The notes beneath the pieces were generated by a model that was not told where the DNA came from, did no database searches, and saw nothing but the letters and a program-made list of their open reading frames with translations. Shown one piece after another: positions 9,091 through 17,131 of a stretch of DNA of 36,960 nt (within the stretch, counting starts at the first letter, position 1; every line of letters begins with the position of its first letter). The DNA comes from Actinomycetota bacterium (GTDB taxonomy: Bacteria; Actinomycetota; Humimicrobiia; Humimicrobiales; Humimicrobiaceae), in the NCBI GenBank assembly GCA_023488645.1, contig JAMDDL010000018.1:1-36960 (forward strand), in the 5' to 3' direction. The position numbers and the translations under genes are program-made.

Positions 9091-10122
9091 CTAAAAAGAC
9101 AAAGCACTTGTAGATGCACGCACTTTTAAACGAGTTGCTAAGCTTTCTACTTTTAAAGTACCTGGAAAATCACTTTTTTTAATTGATGCCTCAATTGCAA
9201 TCCTGGCAGCAGTTATACCAATTTCAAACATAGGTTGTTCTACGGTTGTTAATGGTGGAGATAAATATGGAGCATATGTATTATCAAAACCTACTAAAGA
9301 TACGTCTTCCGGTACACGTAAATTATGCTGATATATTGCCTGCAACGCACCAGCAGCCAGAATATCACAGGTTGCAAAGACTGCAGTTATGTCTCCTAGT
9401 TTTAAGAATTGTTCCATGATCCGATAACCATCTTCAAGAGAATAATACTTTCCAAAAGCTAGCCACTCCTCTTTTGGCATAATTCCATTCTTTATCATGG
9501 TATCCCGATATCCTGCAAGACGTTGCTCATCAACTGAAGGACTAGTGAGGAAAGCACGTGGATCACCACCAATAAAGCCTATGCATTGATGCCCCAATCC
9601 AATTAAATGTTCAACTGCTAATGTTGACCCAGTATAGTTGTCTACTATTACGGCGTGCGATTTTACCTCAGTAGGTCGTTCTACCTGCACAACCGGGATT
9701 CCCGCTTCTATTGCTGCATAAACATTTTGTGGTTCAATAGGCGTGGTAAAGATAATTGCATCCACCTGCCTTTGAATAAAAGTTTCCACACCCAATCGTT
9801 CCCGCTTTGGATCTTCAAAATCATTCCAGATTAAGACACTATAACCATTTTTTATAGCTTCGTTTTCTACCCCCAATTCAACTCCAGCAAAGAAAAGATT
9901 AGGAGAAATACTGGTCAGCAAGTGCCCAATAGTTTTTGTTTGGTTTCGACGTAAGCTTTGAGCTAAAGTATTCAAACGATACCCAGTCTTTTCAATCGCT
10001 TCCAAAACTCTTTTGCGTGATTTTTCTGATACAAATCCCTGGCCATGCAAAACTCGAGCAACTGTTGCTGTTGATAAATGGGCTACATTAGCAACATCCT
10101 TCATGGTAAACCTTTTACGCAT
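9091..10122 (-). CDS. LacI-family transcriptional regulator
   Basis: 343 aa. The N-terminal HTH is TMKDVANVAHLSTATVARVLHG, followed by a periplasmic-binding-protein-like sugar-binding core. aaagga lies 7 nt upstream of the ATG. Confidence 0.9.
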   Translation of the reverse strand: MRKRFTMKDVANVAHLSTATVARVLHGQGFVSEKSRKRVLEAIEKTGYRLNTLAQSLRRNQTKTIGHLLTSISPNLFFAGVELGVENEAIKNGYSVLIWNDFEDPKRERLGVETFIQRQVDAIIFTTPIEPQNVYAAIEAGIPVVQVERPTEVKSHAVIVDNYTGSTLAVEHLIGLGHQCIGFIGGDPRAFLTSPSVDEQRLAGYRDTMIKNGIMPKEEWLAFGKYYSLEDGYRIMEQFLKLGDITAVFATCDILAAGALQAIYQHNLRVPEDVSLVGFDNTYAPYLSPPLTTVEQPMFEIGITAARIAIEASIKKSDFPGTLKVESLATRLKVRASTSALSF

Positions 10123-10147
10123 AACTCGTCCTTTAAATAGTAATAAA

Positions 10148-10161
10148 TGTCATCGATGACA
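10148..10161. promoter_or_regulatory. Second copy of TGTCATCGATGACA, a candidate autoregulatory operator 26 nt upstream of the LacI-family start
   Basis: Exact repeat of the palindrome at 9056..9069. Confidence 0.6.
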
Positions 10162-10483
10162 TCGATATTACCATCTTAATTAAAAAAGTCAATACCTATG
10201 CAATAAAAATTATTTTCTTAAAATATATATTTTTATTTATAAATATTGAACAATAAAACATGAATTAATTTATAATAAATACTAAATTAATTTTAAATGA
10301 AAATTGAATTATAACTGATCTTAGATTAAATAAATCCGTAACTTTTCCTATTGTATAAATAATATAAATATATTTTAAAAAGTTAACAAAAATTAGAGTT
10401 AGCTGTAAAAATACTTCTGGAATCTAAAATCTAAAAATTATTGAAAAATATAATTAAATCTTATAGTATTAGATATTCTTTTA

Positions 10484-11707
10484 TTGAATAATAAAATACT
10501 CAAGGTTAAAAAATTGCAAGAAAAAGATAATTTTAAAGACTATATTTCAGAAGTTCCAAACTTTCTTTCAATTTTTCAATGTTCATTTTTTACTTTTTCA
10601 TTAAGTTCCATTTTATTAGATGTAAGCAAATTTATGAATATAAATGTCGGGACTTTAAACCTGGTTTTTACTTTTAACATAATAGGAAATTTTATTGGCA
10701 ACATTACTTCACCTGTTTTAAATAAAAAAATTAAAAGAATTAACCTTATTATATTTTTTTATGTATTGCTTATTGCAGTTACAATCGGTTTGTTTTTATG
10801 TAATTCTTTGAACCTTCTTTGTGTATTTTACTTTTTTGCAGGATATATCGTTGGAACAATATGGGTACAGGCTAATGGCTATATGCAGGAAAGTAGTGCT
10901 ACAAATAAAGAAAAGTTAACTACTATTGGTTATATTTTCTTTCCCGTGGGAGCATTAATGGGTCCTCTTGTTGCTGTTAATATTGTAAAAAATGATATTA
11001 ACTGGAAATATTTATATATAATAATTTTATTCTTTGTTGTTCTAACACTGGTTCTTTACATTTTTATCACAAGAAAAAAAGAATATACGGCCTATTCAGG
11101 GAAAAATGAGAATATACGGTTCAAAGATATCTTTGAAAATAAATCAAAAAATATAGCTTTTATTTTGTTGATAATATTAATGCTTTTTTTCGGAGCAACC
11201 GAAGTTTCTGTCTCTACCTGGAGCCCTACATTTTTAAGAGTTACCCGTTCCTTTCTTATAACAAAAGCAGGCTGGGCAATTTCGACATACTGGCTTGCAG
11301 TTGGAGCTGGCAGACTAATTATAAGCACCATTTCCGGGAAATTAAAAACCGATTACTTATTGCTTGTTCTTTCTTTGGTATCTTTCATAGGTATCGTCTT
11401 ATTTGTATTAGTGCCTTCTTCAATTGTAATTTTTATTGCAATTGCACTTACAGGTATTGGCCTTTCCGGAATTCAGCCTTTAGCAACAACAAAAGGTAGC
11501 AGCATTTTAAATAAAGGTATAGGATTTGCAATTTCCATGCTTTCAGCAACAGCCGCACTGGGAGGATCTATAGGACCCTATATAATAAAATATATTTCAG
11601 TAAAAAGTATGATTTTATCAATGTCTATTGCTATTATTTTTTCTTTAGCAATCATTATTATTCTTTTCATAAATATTGTTATTAATAAGAATAATAACTT
11701 AACTTAA
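10484..11707 (+). CDS. MFS transporter
   Basis: 407 aa, about 12 hydrophobic segments, with a central loop ITRKKEYTAYSGKNENIRFKDIFENKSK. The start codon (TTG in the track) is uncertain. Confidence 0.65.
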   Translation: MNNKILKVKKLQEKDNFKDYISEVPNFLSIFQCSFFTFSLSSILLDVSKFMNINVGTLNLVFTFNIIGNFIGNITSPVLNKKIKRINLIIFFYVLLIAVTIGLFLCNSLNLLCVFYFFAGYIVGTIWVQANGYMQESSATNKEKLTTIGYIFFPVGALMGPLVAVNIVKNDINWKYLYIIILFFVVLTLVLYIFITRKKEYTAYSGKNENIRFKDIFENKSKNIAFILLIILMLFFGATEVSVSTWSPTFLRVTRSFLITKAGWAISTYWLAVGAGRLIISTISGKLKTDYLLLVLSLVSFIGIVLFVLVPSSIVIFIAIALTGIGLSGIQPLATTKGSSILNKGIGFAISMLSATAALGGSIGPYIIKYISVKSMILSMSIAIIFSLAIIIILFINIVINKNNNLT

Positions 11708-11951
11708 TAAAACTTCCCATTAACCTGCAAAAAATTGTAATTGAACATGTTTTTAATTTAGACTTTTATTTTTTTAAAAATCTTTTTATATAAAAAGGTA
11801 ATAACTATAACAGCCCTTAAATTTGTTTGACAAAAAAAGAATTAAAAATTTTAAATATTAAAAATAATATAAAATAAAATCTATATTTAGGTATAAGGGG
11901 CTGCTCATAGTAAAGGGAAAGAGACTTATTATAGAGGTAGAGCAATATAGA

Positions 11952-14258
11952 TTATTTAACATTTTTCCTTTTTTTATGAGCTGTAATTCTTTTTGTTATA
12001 TCAACAATAAGTAAAATAACTAAAAATAACCATGCAGCTTGGGTAAGTGTTCTTGAAATGACATCTTCTTTTGTTGAACCATAATATAAAGTTACGTTTT
12101 CCTGTCTGGGAATTACCATCATAAAAGAAGGTGATATTGCATAAGGCCCATCGGCTCCAATCACTTTCCAGTTGGGGAAATACGATACTTTTATTATATG
12201 CGGGATACCAATTGCTGTAGTCTTAAAAGTTATCTTTTCATTTTCAACATGCTCTTCCAGCACTTCTCCATCAGTTTTAATCGGAACTTTATTAATTTTA
12301 GTAACTTCATCAGAGCTGATTAATTTAAAATTACTTAGTCCTTTTTCGCCCTGATCCCAGATAATAAAAGGCTTATTTATATCATCATACTTAAACCAGG
12401 GTAGAATTGCATCATACCAGTCTTTTGTCTTGATTTTAACAGGTATATTTTTTAAAATTTCAACATATTTATTAGTTGTATTTATTTCATAAAAATTAAA
12501 AACGTCAAATTTTGCCATTAGTCTTGCATCAGGATTTTTATCAAGTTCCTCTATAACTTCAGGCGAGCTTGCAATCATATATCGGATATTCATCATTTTC
12601 ATATTTTCAACACCAAGTTTGACATTAAGTGGCGGGAGCTTTAATCCTGGAATAGCATTACTTGGTCTTTTTGAAAGTAAAGCCTGATTTGTAAAATGGA
12701 AGGGAGCAGTAAAAGCCCCTTCAACAAGCAACCCCTCCATAGTAGCACTTTTTGTCCAATATGGAATAAGTTCAAAAGCTCTTGTTGTCCCAAGTTTTTC
12801 AAGTGCATCATGATTTTGTTCAATCATCCATCTGCCTTCAGGTTTTGATTGAATATAAGCCATCATTAAACTGTAAATATTCCAGTATGGCTTTTTCTCA
12901 TAGCCTGAATAGTTGTATGTCGCCCAGCCTATTGATTTTGGCTGCAAAGGCATTATTATCCCAAACATTCCTAATGTTATTAATGGCACAAATAATAAAG
13001 CTACAATTTTTCTAACAGAAATTTTAAATTTTTGAAGCCATATCATTAAAATTCCAAATAAAACAAATAAAGTATATCCTGCAAGGAACAAATCTATTAT
13101 ATAAATATAAGGAAGCAATCTTGCATTCCAGATTCTACCTCCTGTAGGGATAAAAAATGCAAGATTTAAGATAAGATATGAGATTGTCAGCATTATATTT
13201 CGTCTGTCATCTCTTCTTGAAATAATAATTATATAAATTATTATTCCTATTGCAGCAAGCACAATTGCAACAATCATTTCTTTCGGGAATAAGGACTTAA
13301 AACTTTTCAGATTTTCCCATCCCATATTAGGCGTGTATTTCAGTTTTAGTGCAAAAGGAATACTCCAGAAAGCTGTTAATAAAAACCCGGTTATAAGAAC
13401 AGAAACCATATAAAATATATTTCTGATTTTCCTGTTTTCAACAAGAAGCCATGGCAGCATTATCAAAAGACAAACTGTCGTTAAAACATGGGAAAGTGCA
13501 ATCATCATTAAAATAAAGCAGTTTAAAACAAAAAGCCAGTTAAACTTAGCGCCTCGTTCAAGCGCAAGATGCATTGTTCCAATAAATAAAAAGCCAAGTG
13601 CAAAGCTAAAAGAATAACCAAATTCTCCTGCAAGAGTGCTTAAGAAATTTCCTCCATAAATTGAATAACTTTCAATAAATAAAAATAAAGTAGCTCCAAG
13701 TGCACCAAGCAGAGGATAAGGATATTTAAATCTGAACAGTTTAATCATCCAGTAAGCACATGCAGGTAAAATAAAAGATCCCAGAACAGTAATCACTTTA
13801 AAAGCAATGTTATAAGGAATTATTTTACTTAAAATTGCAACCATAAGATAAGGTACTGGAAAATAAAATTGAATAATAGGCATACCTGCATACCATCCGT
13901 TAGACCACCCCATAACTCTAAAATGAGGAAGCAGGTTATCAATCATAAACTTTATTCCGTAATGATGTGTCCCGGTATCTCCACCTGCAGTAGTAGTAAG
14001 ACTAAAAATCAGCCAGGGTCTGAAAACTACACAAATTGCCAGATAAATTAAGATAAATACAGTTAAAGTTGTAACTTTATTGATATTTATTTTTTTTATA
14101 TGAAGCTTATCTCTTATGAAACTGTTATTTATATACCAGTAATTTTGTTCAAAACCTCCTTCGATTCTTCCCTGTTCATCAATATAAAATTTAAATTTGT
14201 TTATTAAATTGTTAATAGAATTTGAAATAATATTAAAAAATTTTTTAATATGTTCCAT
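11952..14258 (-). CDS. Large polytopic membrane protein with a C-terminal soluble domain and a terminal TM anchor. Possibly a GT-C-like glycosyltransferase or PTPS-related membrane protein family member.
   Basis: 768 aa. There are more than 12 predicted TM segments in residues about 60-440, including a GGDTGTHHY loop after TM1, then about 300 aa that look non-membrane, then a final hydrophobic helix and KRKNVK. The functional call rests on architecture alone. Confidence 0.6.
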   Translation of the reverse strand: MEHIKKFFNIISNSINNLINKFKFYIDEQGRIEGGFEQNYWYINNSFIRDKLHIKKININKVTTLTVFILIYLAICVVFRPWLIFSLTTTAGGDTGTHHYGIKFMIDNLLPHFRVMGWSNGWYAGMPIIQFYFPVPYLMVAILSKIIPYNIAFKVITVLGSFILPACAYWMIKLFRFKYPYPLLGALGATLFLFIESYSIYGGNFLSTLAGEFGYSFSFALGFLFIGTMHLALERGAKFNWLFVLNCFILMMIALSHVLTTVCLLIMLPWLLVENRKIRNIFYMVSVLITGFLLTAFWSIPFALKLKYTPNMGWENLKSFKSLFPKEMIVAIVLAAIGIIIYIIIISRRDDRRNIMLTISYLILNLAFFIPTGGRIWNARLLPYIYIIDLFLAGYTLFVLFGILMIWLQKFKISVRKIVALLFVPLITLGMFGIIMPLQPKSIGWATYNYSGYEKKPYWNIYSLMMAYIQSKPEGRWMIEQNHDALEKLGTTRAFELIPYWTKSATMEGLLVEGAFTAPFHFTNQALLSKRPSNAIPGLKLPPLNVKLGVENMKMMNIRYMIASSPEVIEELDKNPDARLMAKFDVFNFYEINTTNKYVEILKNIPVKIKTKDWYDAILPWFKYDDINKPFIIWDQGEKGLSNFKLISSDEVTKINKVPIKTDGEVLEEHVENEKITFKTTAIGIPHIIKVSYFPNWKVIGADGPYAISPSFMMVIPRQENVTLYYGSTKEDVISRTLTQAAWLFLVILLIVDITKRITAHKKRKNVK

Positions 14259-14608
14259 AAAACTAAATTTCCCGATTTTAAATTTTAAATTTTAATTGGC
14301 TTTTTGGTTTTATTTATAATTTGGTCTTATTTAAGCTTTAATTTTAAATAAAAAAAAATTTTAATTTAATAAATTTAATAAAAAAAATAATTTTTAAAAT
14401 TAAATTGATATTATATATTTAAATTAAAAATTAAAAAATTTTTTTATTTATTTTTTATTATTTTATTTATTTTATTTTTTTTATTAAAATAAGTTAAACT
14501 TACTTTAGATTATCAATTTTACATATTATAATTTATTATAATTTCCATATATCAAAATATTTATATTTAATTTTTTATAAAATAAATTTGCAATTCTGGA
14601 GGTTAGAA

Positions 14609-16150
14609 ATGTCAGCACATCCCAAACCCTCTGAAAAAGATAAAAAAATAATTATTTCAAATAATACAATAGACAACAAAGTAATTTGCGCAATTTGTAA
14701 AAAAGCAATAAATAAAAAGTCTGATATTGAATTTCATCACAAAAAACCACTTACTTTTCAGGATAAATTTAATCCATCTAACTTTATTACTGTTTGCAAA
14801 AAACATCATAAGGAATTAGGTGAATTATCGCTTCTGGAATATAACACAATAAATGAAATGAAAAAATTTTTTGGCGGAAATGATATTAAAAAATTAAATG
14901 ATGTTTTAAAGTTAAAACTTGATAGTGATAATTTCGGGAAAAAAATTGATGCTGAAATTTTAAATGATAAAAACGAAATAAAAATAAAATTTAAAAATAA
15001 TAGCAGCAAGAATAATAATGACGATAATAATGTTAATTTTATAATAACTTACCCTTTATCTACCTGCCCTTCAACAGGTTTTAAATATTTTTATATTGTT
15101 CTTCCTGCAGAGTATATTAACAATGATGAGGAGCTTCAGCCAAGACCGCTGGAATTTGAAAGATTATGGGAATTATACAGGCATCTTCTTACAAATAGCC
15201 AGTTAACTCCATCTGTTTGCAGGCTGACTGAAAATAAAATTCTTTTATTTGATGGCCAGCATAAAGCTGCAGCACAGGTATGGGCAGACAGAAAAGAAAT
15301 AGAGTGTAAGGTTTATATTGAACCAGATATTAAATTTCTTAAAGAAACAAACCTTATAGCACATGATAAATTAAGACAAATGCCTTTCTTTACCTCAGTT
15401 CTTATAAATAAATGGGCAAGTATATTTGCGCAGGAATGGAAAGAATATATGGCTTCAAAAGGGGTTAAATCTGAATCAGGTTTTGTTTCTTTTTTAATAA
15501 GTAAAGGTAAAAAGAGAGCTGAAGCTATTAATATGATTGAAAGCAATATCTTTGACAGTATAATTGAAGACAAAAAAAATTCAATAATAAGATATGTTAG
15601 TGAATTTAGCCCGATTATTAAAAAACCTCTAACCACAAACAGACTTAAAAGTGTAATTTTTAAAAAATTTATTGCAGCTGCTCCTCTTGAAATAGATATT
15701 GAAGAATCAGACAGACTTAGAGAAATAGAGAGGAAAAATGTTATAGAACTATTAAATATGATTACAGAATATACATTAAAAGATAAATGGGATCCTGATA
15801 AAAATGATGAAAATCATAAAATTTCTGAAAGAATTTATCTTTCAGGTTCTTTTAAAGCCTGGACTGGCATATTAAAAGATGCAATAGCAGCAATTCTTGA
15901 ACTTTTTGATGAAAATGAAAGAAAAGAAATTTTTCTCAGGGAAATAAGTGAAGAAAACTGGAAAAATATTGAAAATTGCATTTCAATAATGTCTGAAAGA
16001 AGAGTTTGGCAGGATGATTCTGAAGAAAATTATAACATGCTAAGATTATCAAACGATAATCAGGTCAGAAAATACCTTTCAAGAAGAGGAATAAGTGTAA
16101 ATGAATTACTTAGCAGATCAGGACTTGGTGCAGACAATTTTATTGATTAA
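14609..16150 (+). CDS. HNH endonuclease fused to a DGQHR (DndB/ParB-Srx-like) domain protein
   Basis: GGAGG lies 6 nt upstream of ATG 14609; the track starts at an upstream TTG (14588). The N-terminus CAICKKAINKKSDIEFHHKKPLTFQDKFNPSNFITVCKKHHKEL is a CxxC...HH...N...CxxHH HNH zinc finger. An N/K-rich linker follows. LLFDGQHKAAAQVWADRKEIECKVY matches the DGQHR motif. Confidence 0.8.
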   Translation: MSAHPKPSEKDKKIIISNNTIDNKVICAICKKAINKKSDIEFHHKKPLTFQDKFNPSNFITVCKKHHKELGELSLLEYNTINEMKKFFGGNDIKKLNDVLKLKLDSDNFGKKIDAEILNDKNEIKIKFKNNSSKNNNDDNNVNFIITYPLSTCPSTGFKYFYIVLPAEYINNDEELQPRPLEFERLWELYRHLLTNSQLTPSVCRLTENKILLFDGQHKAAAQVWADRKEIECKVYIEPDIKFLKETNLIAHDKLRQMPFFTSVLINKWASIFAQEWKEYMASKGVKSESGFVSFLISKGKKRAEAINMIESNIFDSIIEDKKNSIIRYVSEFSPIIKKPLTTNRLKSVIFKKFIAAAPLEIDIEESDRLREIERKNVIELLNMITEYTLKDKWDPDKNDENHKISERIYLSGSFKAWTGILKDAIAAILELFDENERKEIFLREISEENWKNIENCISIMSERRVWQDDSEENYNMLRLSNDNQVRKYLSRRGISVNELLSRSGLGADNFID

Positions 16151-16173
16151 AAAAAATTTTATTGATTAAAAAA
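16136..16173. repeat. Perfect tandem duplication (2 x 19 bp, aattttattgattaaaaaa) spanning the stop codon of the HNH-DGQHR gene
   Basis: 16136..16154 equals 16155..16173 by manual comparison. The stop TAA lies at 16148..16150, inside unit 1. Confidence 0.85.
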
Positions 16174-16205
16174 TTATTAAAAAATATTAAAGGATTAAAG
16201 AAAGA

Positions 16206-16895
16206 ATGAAGGTAAAATTAATAAGACATACCCCTGAACCTGAAAAACTTGTTGCAATAGCAGCAAGGCTTTGTTATTCACCTGTAGGTGTTGAAGAACT
16301 TGATAAACAGCTGGATGATGAAGCTGTGCGAAAATTAATCAGATTTGTAATTAATAGTGGTCATTTAAGCACTACTGAGCATGCATATTTTACTTTCGCA
16401 ATTGAGGGTATTTCAAGAGTATTAAGCCATCAACTTGTAAGGCACAGGATTGCTTCCTTTAATCAGCAATCTCAAAGATATGTAAAATTTAAAGGAAATT
16501 ACGAATATATTACCCCTGATTCAATTAAACAAAACGAAAAAATTAACGAGAAATATAAAAATTTTATTGCCGATATACACAAATTTTATGAAGAAATGCT
16601 AAATGAAGGCATAGAAGCGGAAGATGCAAGATATATACTGCCAAATTCAAGTGAAACTAAAATGATTGTTACAATGAATGCAAGAGAACTTTTACATTTC
16701 TTCACAGTCAGATGTTGTAACAGAGCACAAAAAGAAATAAGAGATCTTGCTATAGAAATGCTTAAAAATGTTAAAAAAGTTGCCCCTGTAATTTTTGAAA
16801 ATGCTGGCCCGAATTGCCTTAGAATTCCCTGCCCTGAAGGTAAATTTACTTGCGGAAGACCACCATTAGCAAGTGATTTTGAGCCTGATTTTTAG
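16206..16895 (+). CDS. thyX: FAD-dependent thymidylate synthase
   Basis: 229 aa with the ThyX signature RHRxxSxxxxSxR, present as RHRIASFNQQSQRY. aaagga-type RBS is present upstream. Confidence 0.92.
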   Translation: MKVKLIRHTPEPEKLVAIAARLCYSPVGVEELDKQLDDEAVRKLIRFVINSGHLSTTEHAYFTFAIEGISRVLSHQLVRHRIASFNQQSQRYVKFKGNYEYITPDSIKQNEKINEKYKNFIADIHKFYEEMLNEGIEAEDARYILPNSSETKMIVTMNARELLHFFTVRCCNRAQKEIRDLAIEMLKNVKKVAPVIFENAGPNCLRIPCPEGKFTCGRPPLASDFEPDF

Positions 16896-17131
16896 TCTTT
16901 TTTAGTTTGATATATAAAAAATAAAAAAATATATAGATTTTTTATTTAATATTTTGTGTTATTTTTATATAATTTTTAAAATTATTTTAAAATTTTAAAA
17001 TTAAATAGAAGTCAAATAATAACCTGCCTTAAAAAGAAAATAAATAAAAAAATATAAACAGATATAAACGGGATTATTTTCATTAATACAATTTTAAGTA
17101 TAAAAATATAATAAACATAGAAATATAGGTT

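Noticed and set aside
11890-11951. A locally G-rich patch beginning ggggctgctcat, reminiscent of a tmRNA 5' end
   Set aside because: There is no tRNA-like 3' end and no room for one. A roughly 350-nt RNA would run into the 768-aa CDS, and there is no resume-codon or tag-ORF context.
14259-14608. Possible CRISPR array or tandem-repeat locus in the A/T tract (the same question applies to 32760..33198)
   Set aside because: There is no constant-length repeat alternating with unique spacers, only low-complexity A/T runs. No cas genes are present in the window.
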